Source of the DNA: Psychroflexus sp.
Lineage (GTDB): Bacteria; Bacteroidota; Bacteroidia; Flavobacteriales; Flavobacteriaceae
DNA length: 64,000 nucleotides
NCBI GenBank assembly: GCA_051859645.1
Contig: JBHYFG010000004.1
Span: 102,014-166,013 of the forward strand
Direction: 5' to 3'
Numbering within the stretch: position 1 is the first letter of the stretch; each line of letters begins with the position of its first letter. This document shows, piece after piece, positions 29,846 through 38,789 of the stretch. The position numbers were made by a program, and so were the translations under genes. The notes under the pieces are model-generated. The model had not been told where the DNA came from and searched no databases. It saw only the letters and a program-made list of their open reading frames with translations.

Positions 29846-31117
29846 TTAGGCTATCGTGTCAAATCCTGTATAAGGAACCAAAACGTCGGGTATTTTTATA
29901 CCTTCTGGTGTTTGGTAATTTTCTAAAATACCTGCGAGAACACGCGGTAAAGCTAGAGCGCTTCCGTTAAGGGTGTGTACAAGATGTTTGTTTTTGTTTT
30001 CGTCTTTGTATCTGATTTTAAGTCGATTTGCTTGAAAGGTTTCGAAATTTGATACAGACGAAATTTCTAGCCATCGGTCTTGGGCTGTGGAAAACACTTC
30101 AAAATCGTACGTCAAGGCAGAAGTGAAGCCTAAGTCGCCACCACATAAGCGTAAAATACGGTAGGGAAGCTTCAACTCGGCTAAAATTTCTTTGACATGC
30201 GCTACCATTTTGTCCAACATTGCGTAGGATTCTTCCGGTTTAACAATATTTACTATTTCAACTTTATCGAACTGATGCAATCGGTTAAGTCCTCGAACGT
30301 GTGCGCCGTAAGAGCCTGCTTCTCTTCTAAAACAAGGGGTGTATCCGGTACATTGAATGGGTAAGTCAGCTTCGGTAAGTAAATCGTCTCTAAAAATATT
30401 GGTTACTGGAACTTCGGCGGTTGGAATAAGGTATAAATTATCTTCCGTAACGTGATACATTTGTCCTTCTTTGTCTGGCAGTTGTCCCGTACCGAATCCA
30501 GATGCTTCATTCACTAAGTGCGGAACTTGGTATTCGGTGTAGCCAGCTGCGGTATTTTTATCAAGGAAATAAGCAATTAATGCGCGCTGAAGTCTTGCTC
30601 CTTTTCCGATGTAAACAGGAAAACCTGCTCCTGTTATTTTATTGCCTAACTCAAAATCGATAAGCTTGTATTTCTTTGCCAATTCCCAATGCGGTAAGGC
30701 TTCCTTATGAAGCTGAGGAATTTGGCCAGCTTCTTCCACCACTTCGTTGTCTTCTTCATTTTTTCCAGCCGGCACACTATCGTGCGGAATGTTTGGTATG
30801 GTGTATAAAGCTTGCTGTAAGTTTTGTGCTACTACTTCCATTTCAGCAGAAAGGGTTTTCGTAGTTTCTTTTAGTTGCGTGGTTTTTTCTTTTAAAATTC
30901 CTGCTTTTTGAGCTTCTCCATTTTTAAAGAGAATACCTATTTCTTTAGAAAGCGCATTAGACTCCGCCAAAGCTTGGTCTAACTGGGTTTGTAAGGACCT
31001 GCGAGTTTCGTCCCAAGTAAGTACCTGCGTAAAAATTTCTGCTGCATCGAAATTTCTTTTTTGCAAAGCTTGTATGTAAGCGTCTTTGTTTTCTCTAATG
31101 TTTTTTACTTCTAACAT
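29846..31117 (-). CDS. serS: Seryl-tRNA synthetase
   Basis: LIPTAEVP, CFRREAGS, GLNRLHQFDKVE, EISSVSN, TLNGSALALPR. Confidence 0.98.
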   Translation of the reverse strand: MLEVKNIRENKDAYIQALQKRNFDAAEIFTQVLTWDETRRSLQTQLDQALAESNALSKEIGILFKNGEAQKAGILKEKTTQLKETTKTLSAEMEVVAQNLQQALYTIPNIPHDSVPAGKNEEDNEVVEEAGQIPQLHKEALPHWELAKKYKLIDFELGNKITGAGFPVYIGKGARLQRALIAYFLDKNTAAGYTEYQVPHLVNEASGFGTGQLPDKEGQMYHVTEDNLYLIPTAEVPVTNIFRDDLLTEADLPIQCTGYTPCFRREAGSYGAHVRGLNRLHQFDKVEIVNIVKPEESYAMLDKMVAHVKEILAELKLPYRILRLCGGDLGFTSALTYDFEVFSTAQDRWLEISSVSNFETFQANRLKIRYKDENKNKHLVHTLNGSALALPRVLAGILENYQTPEGIKIPDVLVPYTGFDTIA

Positions 31118-31240
31118 AGGTTGTTTCTTGAAATGGAAAATTCATCTTTATTCATCCCTGATGCACTAGGTAAAGGCACATGGAATTTGTACGTTGCAAA
31201 TTTAGTAAAAACCTACTAGCGATAATGCCCCAACCTGTTT

Positions 31241-32404
31241 TTAATTCACCTTAATTAGGCTTGCTATTTCTTTTGCTTTTTGCCTTAGCTCTTGCAATGG
31301 GGTGTCAAGGTTTCCGTAGGTAAACGCAATACCCATTCTTCTGTAAGGTCTAGTACTTGGCTTTCCGAAAATACGAATGTCGGCATCTTGATGCTTTGCA
31401 GCAACTTCTATGCCTGAGTATTTAGGTAAATCTGTAGATTCATCGTGCGAAAGAATCACCGCATTTGCGCCATGACGTTGAAGTTCAATTTGTGGTACTT
31501 CCATCCCTAAAACAGCGCGTGCATGTAATTCGAATTCATTGAAATTTTGCGTTCCCGCTAAAGTAACCATGCCGGTATCGTGTGGCCGTGGAGATAACTC
31601 TGAAAAATATACCCCATCTTTAGCAATAAAAAATTCGACTCCCCAAATTCCAGCTCCTCCGAGCGCTTCAGTTACTTTTTTAGCCATTTGCTGCGCTTCT
31701 ATTAAGGCACTTTCGTTCATGGGCTGTGGTTGCCAACTTTCTTGGTAGTCGCCACGTTCTTGCCGGTGACCAATTGGCGGGCAAAAAAGGGTACTTCCGC
31801 TTTTTTGCGTAAGGGTGAGCAGGGTAATTTCAAAGTCGAAGTTAACAAATGCCTCGACAATTACTTCTTGTGCATCTCCTCTCCCTTTAGTTTGAGAAAT
31901 TTCCCACGAGGTAGAAATATCCTTTTCTGAGTTAATTACCGACTGACCTTTTCCTGAAGAAGACATAAGCGGCTTAACTACGCAAGGAATACCTATTTCG
32001 GCCACGGCATTTCGAAGTTCTTCTTCTGACGAAGCATAGCGGTAATCGGCAGTTTTTATGCCTAATTCTTTAGCAACTAAATCCCGTATTTGCTTGCGAT
32101 TCATTGTGTAATTAGTTGCTTTAGCCGAAGGAACCACTTGTATTCCGTCCGCTTCAAATTGGTATAGTTTTTCGGTACGAATAGCTTCTATTTCTGGTAC
32201 AATAATGTCGGGCTGATGTTTTTGTACGATGGCCTCCAAAGCATTGGCGTCTAGCATATTGATTACTTCATACGTGTCTGCTATTTGCATAGCAGGGGCG
32301 TTGGGATAACTATCTGTGGCAATGAGGTAATGTCCGTAACGCTTAATAGCAATACCAAATTCTTTTCCTAATTCCCCCGAACCGAGTAAGAGTATTTTTT
32401 TCAT
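31241..32404 (-). CDS. purT: Formate-dependent phosphoribosylglycinamide formyltransferase
   Basis: [42 protein letters not shown]. Confidence 0.96.
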   Translation of the reverse strand: MKKILLLGSGELGKEFGIAIKRYGHYLIATDSYPNAPAMQIADTYEVINMLDANALEAIVQKHQPDIIVPEIEAIRTEKLYQFEADGIQVVPSAKATNYTMNRKQIRDLVAKELGIKTADYRYASSEEELRNAVAEIGIPCVVKPLMSSSGKGQSVINSEKDISTSWEISQTKGRGDAQEVIVEAFVNFDFEITLLTLTQKSGSTLFCPPIGHRQERGDYQESWQPQPMNESALIEAQQMAKKVTEALGGAGIWGVEFFIAKDGVYFSELSPRPHDTGMVTLAGTQNFNEFELHARAVLGMEVPQIELQRHGANAVILSHDESTDLPKYSGIEVAAKHQDADIRIFGKPSTRPYRRMGIAFTYGNLDTPLQELRQKAKEIASLIKVN

Positions 32405-32427
32405 TTTGTTCGAAATTATTCAAGTTT

Positions 32428-32435
32428 CAAATGTA
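32428..32435 (-). promoter_or_regulatory. -7 promoter box for purT
   Basis: TACATTTG on minus strand, 23 nt upstream of ATG. Confidence 0.6.
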
Positions 32436-32529
32436 TTACTTATTTAGAATTTAGCGGTACGAATCCAGTACAAAGTCACATTTTACATTTTTCATTTCAA
32501 ATTTCAAATTTCAAATTTCTCATTTTTAA

Positions 32530-32999
32530 CTTCTTTATTAGTAATTCAGTATTCGATATTTGTCTACTGTGATTCGTTGCTGGTTGTTCGTAAATCTATC
32601 GACCCGGTTATTTAAAATTTTTCACTTTTCAGTTCCCCCTCCCGTGCTGCTTGCGCTGAGTATAATCGAAGTGAGCTTAGTCGAAGTATCGAGGGTTTGG
32701 GGGGCTCATTTCAAATTTTTCATTTCACATTTTTCATTTCAAATTTCAAATTTCAAATTTTTCACTTCTTTATTCGTAATTCAGTATTCGATATTTGTCT
32801 ACTGTGATTCGTTGCTGGTTGTTCGTAAATCTATCGACCTGGTTATTTAAAATTTTTCACTTTTCAGTTCCCCCTCCCGTGCTGCTTGCGCTGAGTATAA
32901 TCGAAGTGAGCTTAGTCGAAGTATCGGGGGTTTGGGGGCCTCATTTTAAATTTCAAATTTTTCATTTCAAATTTTTCATTTCACATTTCTCACTTCTCA
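32530..32999. repeat. 235-bp tandem duplication (two near-identical copies)
   Basis: CTTCTTTATT at 32530 and 32765; few substitutions between copies; contains REP-like TGAGCTTAGTCGAAG and a C-run/G-run hairpin. Confidence 0.92.
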
Positions 33000-33243
33000 T
33001 CTCTCATTTCTCTTCTCATCTCTCATTTCTCTTCTCATCTCTCATTTCTCACTTCTCATCTCTCATTTCTCTTCTCATTTCTCTTCTCATTTTTCTTCTT
33101 CACTCTCCACTCTTCACTCTTCACTCTTCACACTTGACTCTTCACTCTTCACTCTTCACACTTCACACTTCACTCTTCACTCTTCACTCTTCACACTTCA
33201 CACTTCACACTTCACTCTTCACTCTTCACTCTTCACTCTTCTC
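32941..33243. repeat. Period-7 short tandem repeat array (TTTCAAA, CTCATTT, TTCACTC variants)
   Basis: Read directly; unit drifts along the array; similar short arrays at about 32480-32520 and 32708-32765. Confidence 0.92.
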
Positions 33244-33306
33244 ATCCCCTCTTGAGGGAAAAACGACGAGGGCGTGGGTTTTGGATAGAAAAACAAGTAG
33301 AATTTG

Positions 33307-34227
33307 CTAAAAAAAGATTTCTTGCGCTAACCGAAAAGTGTTGGCATGTGCTTCTATAATAATTTTTATGTCGGGGGAATATCCACCACCCATGCTTACT
33401 TCTACAGGAATTTCAGCCGAATGACAAGATTCTAGAACGTATCGATCACGTTCTTTACATCCTTGAACGCTACAGCCAAGCTTCCCCAGTTTATCGCTTG
33501 CTAAAATATCTACTCCTGATAGGTAGAAAACAAAATCGGGTTGTACCTCATCCAATAATCGAGGTAGGGTGTTTTTTAAAAGCTTAAGAAAGGTTGCATC
33601 GTCGCACTTATTAGGTAATGGAATATCTAGATCTGATTTTTCTTTTTTAAACGGATAATTACCCGCCCCGTGCATCGAAAAAGTAAAAACGCGTGGATCA
33701 TTTTGAAATATTTCAGCAGTTCCGTTGCCTTGGTGAACATCTAAATCTATAATTAATACTTTATTGAATTCTGGTTTGGATAAGACATAATGCGCCCCGA
33801 TGGCTTGGTCGTTAAGCATACAAAAGGCTTCCCCCCGATTGGAATAGGCATGATGCGTACCTCCAGCAATATTCATAGATACGCCGTATTTTATCGCATA
33901 ATCGCAAGCTTTTAGCGTCCCATCGGTTATAATTCGTTCCCGCTCCACCAAGACTTCGGAAAGCGGAAAGCCAATTTTTCGGGCTTCTCGGGGTGGAATA
34001 CGCAAAGCAAACAAATCTTCAACATAAGCTGAAGTGTGTGCTTTTAAAATGTACTTATTGTCTGGGATTTCAGGTTCAAAAAAATTGGCTTCAATGCAAG
34101 TGCCTTCATACAGCAATTGCCGAGGCAACAAGTCGTATTTTTCCATCGGAAAACGATGTCCTTTGGGTAAGGGGTGTTTGTATAAAGGATGAAACGCAAT
34201 TTTAAGCATACTTAACTTTTGCACCAA
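33307..34227 (-). CDS. Histone-deacetylase-family (HDAC/AcuC-like) metal-dependent deacylase
   Basis: GHRFPMEKY, GGTHHA, GFC-like AFCMLND, DLDVHQGNGT, GVDILASDKLG, MGGGY. Confidence 0.92.
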   Translation of the reverse strand: MVQKLSMLKIAFHPLYKHPLPKGHRFPMEKYDLLPRQLLYEGTCIEANFFEPEIPDNKYILKAHTSAYVEDLFALRIPPREARKIGFPLSEVLVERERIITDGTLKACDYAIKYGVSMNIAGGTHHAYSNRGEAFCMLNDQAIGAHYVLSKPEFNKVLIIDLDVHQGNGTAEIFQNDPRVFTFSMHGAGNYPFKKEKSDLDIPLPNKCDDATFLKLLKNTLPRLLDEVQPDFVFYLSGVDILASDKLGKLGCSVQGCKERDRYVLESCHSAEIPVEVSMGGGYSPDIKIIIEAHANTFRLAQEIFF

Positions 34228-34429
34228 AATAAAAGCTTTTTAAAGACAGCTCAAGTTTTTTCTATGGTAATTTTTTGTGAAAACCTAAGCCTTTTCAACT
34301 TTTCAAAGGTAAGCTATGATTGATATAGGTGAAACTGCTTTTTTGTCTTTTGAGAGAATCAATTTTGAAGAGAGAAGGTTGGAGAACTGACTTTAAAGAA
34401 CCTAGCAACAGAAATATTTTGAAAATTAT

Positions 34430-35851
34430 TTATTCAAATAAAATTTCCATAGTTAAATCATTATCAACAACTCCTATGCTATGTTGATTTTTTTGAATTC
34501 CATAGGTAGTAATCCAAGTTGAAAATATGTTCTTCTTAGAAGTTGTTGCTTCTATGAAGACTCTTTTTTGTCGTTGGATTTTTTCAGCATCTTTTGCAGT
34601 AAAGGGATAGGCGGTATCGTAAAATTTCATTTCACATAAATTTACTGTATTGTCTTTTCTGTCTATAACAAGGTCTATTTGTGCATTTTGATTTTGTGGT
34701 TGGTTGTTTCTGTAGAAGGAATAATTTTCACTGTAAACACCTTCAATACCTAGCGCTTTTTTTATTTGATAGCTATGTTGTAGACAAATATTTTCAAAAG
34801 CATATCCCGTCCAAGTTTTATATGATTGTGTTCCTTGGAGCGTCATAAAATATCCTTTAGTTGGATTTTTAGAGGGTAAAATAAACTTAAAATAAAACAA
34901 TGTGTAATAATCTGTAAGGCGAAATGTTTTATCCTTAGTTTTTTTTCCAAAAGGGAAATAGGAAGCTATAAACCCGGACTGTTCAAGTTCTTGTAACACC
35001 TTCGTTAGAGCCCCTCCATTACTTAACGAAGATTGTAATGCAATTTCTTGTCGGCTTAATCCTTTTGTTTTTTTACTAAGTAATTCAACAATTTCTTCAT
35101 GCCTTTCTGCTTTACGAAATAAAGATTGGTATAAATTGGTAAATTCATTTTTTAAAAATCCATTGGTCTGAAAGCATTGTGAATCTATATTTTGTGCAGC
35201 ACTTAATCCTTTTTCGACTTGATTTAAGTAATGAGGAATTCCACCAAAAACCATATAAAGTTGAACTATTTGATAGGTATTCAATTGAATTCCTTTATAG
35301 GTTAAAAATAGCTTTGTTTCTTCCAGAGTGAAAGGACTTAAATTAATGTACTTGGTTACCCTATTATGTAGTCCGCCTTTGTCGTTTAAGACTTTATCAA
35401 TCATATATGATGCAGCACTTCCACAAATAATTATCAAAACATTTTTGGAGGATGCATAACTATTCCAAAAATGGGCAAAAGCAGTTTTGAAACCTGATTT
35501 TGGACTATCAAGCCAAGGAAATTCATCAAAGAATATAATTTTTTTCTCTTTTTTTGGAAGGTTTTCTACATATTCGCTTAAAAGCTCAAAAGCTTCCAAC
35601 CAATTTTGAACTGTTCTTGGCTGTGCCATTATTGAAAAAACCTTACCTAATTGAATTTGAAAATTTTGAAGTTGTAGCGTTAAGCTAGCGTTTTTTATAC
35701 CTACTAGTTCAAAGTCAATTTTTCCTTTCAAGCTATTCCTTATAAGGTAAGTTTTTCCTACTCTTCTTCTTCCTGCAACGCAAAGTAACTCCGATTTTTT
35801 AGAGCTGTATAACTGCTTAATAAGGTGTATTTCTTTTTTTCGTCCTATCAT
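34430..35851 (-). CDS. Archaeal-type AAA ATPase with probable winged-helix and C-terminal PD-(D/E)XK nuclease domain (DUF234-like)
   Basis: Walker A GRRRVGKT, Walker B IFFDEFP, CGSAAS, FGGIPHYL, QIDLVIDR...CEMK. Confidence 0.85.
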   Translation of the reverse strand: MIGRKKEIHLIKQLYSSKKSELLCVAGRRRVGKTYLIRNSLKGKIDFELVGIKNASLTLQLQNFQIQLGKVFSIMAQPRTVQNWLEAFELLSEYVENLPKKEKKIIFFDEFPWLDSPKSGFKTAFAHFWNSYASSKNVLIIICGSAASYMIDKVLNDKGGLHNRVTKYINLSPFTLEETKLFLTYKGIQLNTYQIVQLYMVFGGIPHYLNQVEKGLSAAQNIDSQCFQTNGFLKNEFTNLYQSLFRKAERHEEIVELLSKKTKGLSRQEIALQSSLSNGGALTKVLQELEQSGFIASYFPFGKKTKDKTFRLTDYYTLFYFKFILPSKNPTKGYFMTLQGTQSYKTWTGYAFENICLQHSYQIKKALGIEGVYSENYSFYRNNQPQNQNAQIDLVIDRKDNTVNLCEMKFYDTAYPFTAKDAEKIQRQKRVFIEATTSKKNIFSTWITTYGIQKNQHSIGVVDNDLTMEILFE

Positions 35852-35952
35852 TATAACTCGCTAAAAGTAGGTCAAATATACAGCTTTTAGCGATTTATAA
35901 AAATATAACTCGCTAAAAGTGGGTAAAACATACAAGATTTAGCGACTTATAA
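35851..35952. promoter_or_regulatory. Two tandem 50-bp palindromes (52-bp period) enclosing the -7 box of the ATPase gene; candidate operator
   Basis: TTATAACTCGCTAAAAG-N16-CTTTTAGCGATTTATAA (16/17 arms) and a second copy (13/17); TATATTTG on minus strand at 35873-35880 inside the first spacer. Confidence 0.7.
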
Positions 35953-36081
35953 TTTTTCCTAAGCAGTTTTTGCCTTTAGATAAGTAAGGTTTAGTGCCCT
36001 ATATGAAAAAGTTTTTGTCAAATGTTGTTCTTGCAAGATTTTAGTTGATGAGGTAAAAGTAGGGAGATTTGGGGTTGGTGG

Positions 36082-36141
36082 TTATTCGTTTTTCGAAAAA
36101 ATTATTCGTTTTTGGAATAAAGTTATTCGTTTTCGGAATAG
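36082..36141. repeat. Three direct repeats TTATTCGTTTT at 20-21 bp spacing, each an imperfect TTATTC-N7-GAATAA palindrome
   Basis: Copies start at 36082, 36102, 36123. Confidence 0.8.
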
Positions 36142-36360
36142 TTTTTCGGTAATAAATTTTCATTAAGCATATTTTTAAAAAAGGTTAGAAAGGCTCTAAA
36201 AGCAAGCTATATTAAAAACCTTAAGTGAAATACGAACTTACTTTGCTTAGCATTTTATAAGTATTAAGTTCGGTAAAATCGTGTTGTTTCGAACATATAA
36301 AATTAGTATTTTCGGGAGGAATATGAGGGGGCTCTTATTACTAATTTTAAGTATAATTTT

Positions 36361-37323
36361 ATGAACAAAATTATTTATGTATTCCTGTTTATTCTTTTCA
36401 GTATAAACGGGTATACACAACTTGTAGAAGTTAAAGGCTATGCGTTAGACACGTTGACTAACGGGGAGATATTTGTTATTTCAGTTAATGATACCTTAAA
36501 TAGATATAGTAAACAACTAAACATCAGCGATTCCCCATCAATTTACCACAAGATAAGGGAGCGATATACAACATCCACAAAAAAAGACGGAAGCTTTACC
36601 ATAAAAGCTAAGTTGGAAGATTCGCTATACGTTGATTCTCCCTTGAGTTTTACAAGGTATATTCCACAAGTTCATTCGGTAAAAGATTTAATGGCTAAGG
36701 ATAGCATTTATGTTTTTTTAGAACCAGAAGAATGTGTGAAGTACGTGGAATGTGAAGATGAAAACCCGAAATTATATGTATTTGTAGGTGAAGTTATAGA
36801 GGTTAATGAAGTTGAAGAGACCTACTATTGCAACTACATAAATATGGATTACAAGTTCAATGCTAAATTGAAAATTCTTCAAGACCTGCACGGTAATTAT
36901 ACCAAAGATACTATTGAATTTTTTGCTTACGACCATTATGGATTTCCTAATTTTGCCTCCCATAGCCACGTTTTGATATACGTTTCGGAATATTGCGAAA
37001 ATTTATTCCATCTAAAATATCAATTTCAACCCGTTTATAAAGTTGAAGGCAAATGGGCAACACCTTATTATACAACAAATAACGCGAATAAAGAACTTTA
37101 CCTTGAAAAAGCAAGGCCGATGAAGTTTCCAGCGCATGCTTCTTTTAGGGTGCATCAACATATTTCAGATTCGCTACTTAACGAACGCTATCATTATCCT
37201 TATTTTGTGAAAAAGGATAGCCTTTTTAAACCTTTATATGGGTTTGATGCCGAAGATTTTTTCAGCATCATGAAACAGACCTACTTTAAAAAGCATAGCC
37301 ATACCAATTATTTCTTAGATTGA
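36361..37323 (+). CDS. Hypothetical secreted protein
   Basis: Signal peptide; N-terminus resembles carboxypeptidase-regulatory-like domain (GSFTIKA..EDSLY); cysteine-containing C-terminal part. Confidence 0.8.
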   Translation: MNKIIYVFLFILFSINGYTQLVEVKGYALDTLTNGEIFVISVNDTLNRYSKQLNISDSPSIYHKIRERYTTSTKKDGSFTIKAKLEDSLYVDSPLSFTRYIPQVHSVKDLMAKDSIYVFLEPEECVKYVECEDENPKLYVFVGEVIEVNEVEETYYCNYINMDYKFNAKLKILQDLHGNYTKDTIEFFAYDHYGFPNFASHSHVLIYVSEYCENLFHLKYQFQPVYKVEGKWATPYYTTNNANKELYLEKARPMKFPAHASFRVHQHISDSLLNERYHYPYFVKKDSLFKPLYGFDAEDFFSIMKQTYFKKHSHTNYFLD

Positions 37324-37362
37324 ACATTTGGCGACTCAGGCCACTAACTAGCGCTAAGTCTT

Positions 37363-38763
37363 TTAGTAATCTATTTTTTCTTGCCTTACATCTACCTTGC
37401 CGTCTTTATCGGCTTGTATCAGCAAAAAGTAACCCGGTTTTGTTCGCATAAGAAAAGGAACCTGATCCATGGATCCAAATAACGAAAGTTTTGAATCGAT
37501 GTTGTTTTTTACAAACTCTCCATTGTAATAGGTAATCAAGCCACTAGTGAGTTCTGCCCCAGAAATTAAAGAAATCTTTTCTACACTAAAGTAGAAAAAG
37601 GTAAGCCCTTTTTTCTCTTCTAAAAAATGACTGAACTGATAAGCGTAATAAGGATGGTAACTCCCATACGCAAAAAAGTTTCGTGCAGGGTAACCATCAT
37701 CTATGATTTTTCTTGATTTCTTTTCTACATCAAAAACTTGGGTAATGTTGAAGTCTTCATCAAACTCGAAAAACACAAAATCTTTGAGCAACAGAAAAAT
37801 CGGGTTAGATTGAAAATATTCACCAGCCATAACACTATTCCCCGTCTGCTTATCAAACTTAAAGTCGTGTGTATACAAAAAGCCTTGCTTTTTAAAATAG
37901 CCATCGTTTCTTACCTCTACAACCTGCTGAACATCCTTCCAAGTTAAGGTTTTTGAGTGGGTTATAGTTCCATCTACATCTAAAACAATCCTAAACATTC
38001 CAGTGGTTTTAGCGGATATGGTAGCTGTTTTGGGCTTAAAAGTATCGCCATACACCACAATTTTATTGTCAATGATTTGTGCATTTTTAAATTCGTACTT
38101 TGTATTTTTATCGTCTATTGAAATGCTTTTTATTACTTCACCTGTTTTAACATTTATGATAAGTAATTCTCTTGTGCTTATTTTAGCTTTTCTTTTTGCG
38201 TATCTTTTTACATTAAAAACGGCAACATTTTCGTTACTTGCTAATTTAATAAACCTTTCGATGGATTTCTTTTTAGCTATGGTGTAAAGAGTAGTAGTAG
38301 TATACAGCTCCTCGTGTTGGTTGTTAATGGCGTATAAGTGATTAATTTTTGTATCAAAATTACTCGTTATTGCAGCAAACCCTTCGTTTTGGATAGGGAA
38401 AATAGACTCGATAACTTCTCCTTTTTTGATGCTTATTTCCCTTAATTCGCCTATCTTTCCTGTTTCAGGATTAAACAAGTAATAACTACTTCCGTAGGAA
38501 ACTTTTATAAAAATTTCTTGGCCATTGTAAAAGGCACTTTTCAACTTGTAGTTATAAGCTTCGAAGGAGGTAGACGAAACCTCGTTTAGATTAATGTCTT
38601 GGAACTTAAGTAAAAAAGTAGATTTATCCTTGTTTACTTTTTCTAGACGATACAAAGTTAAGTATCCGTACACTTCGCCATTGGTATCTAAAACAGGTAT
38701 AAATTGTGCAAAGCTTGAAATAAACGTAAAAAGGAGCAGTAAGGTAAGTACAATTTTTTTCAT
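37363..38763 (-). CDS. Hypothetical secreted protein (possibly DUF6770-like)
   Basis: Signal peptide, 466 aa beta-rich ORF, downstream of the M48 gene. Confidence 0.75.
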   Translation of the reverse strand: MKKIVLTLLLLFTFISSFAQFIPVLDTNGEVYGYLTLYRLEKVNKDKSTFLLKFQDINLNEVSSTSFEAYNYKLKSAFYNGQEIFIKVSYGSSYYLFNPETGKIGELREISIKKGEVIESIFPIQNEGFAAITSNFDTKINHLYAINNQHEELYTTTTLYTIAKKKSIERFIKLASNENVAVFNVKRYAKRKAKISTRELLIINVKTGEVIKSISIDDKNTKYEFKNAQIIDNKIVVYGDTFKPKTATISAKTTGMFRIVLDVDGTITHSKTLTWKDVQQVVEVRNDGYFKKQGFLYTHDFKFDKQTGNSVMAGEYFQSNPIFLLLKDFVFFEFDEDFNITQVFDVEKKSRKIIDDGYPARNFFAYGSYHPYYAYQFSHFLEEKKGLTFFYFSVEKISLISGAELTSGLITYYNGEFVKNNIDSKLSLFGSMDQVPFLMRTKPGYFLLIQADKDGKVDVRQEKIDY

Positions 38764-38789
38764 GTGTATTGTGGTGTTTAGGGTTTATT

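Noticed and set aside
32560-33310. ORFs 32560..32850 and 32795..33310 (+)
   Set aside because: They translate the 235-bp duplication and heptamer arrays (SHFS, FTLHSSL runs), start at TTG, and have no protein-like composition.
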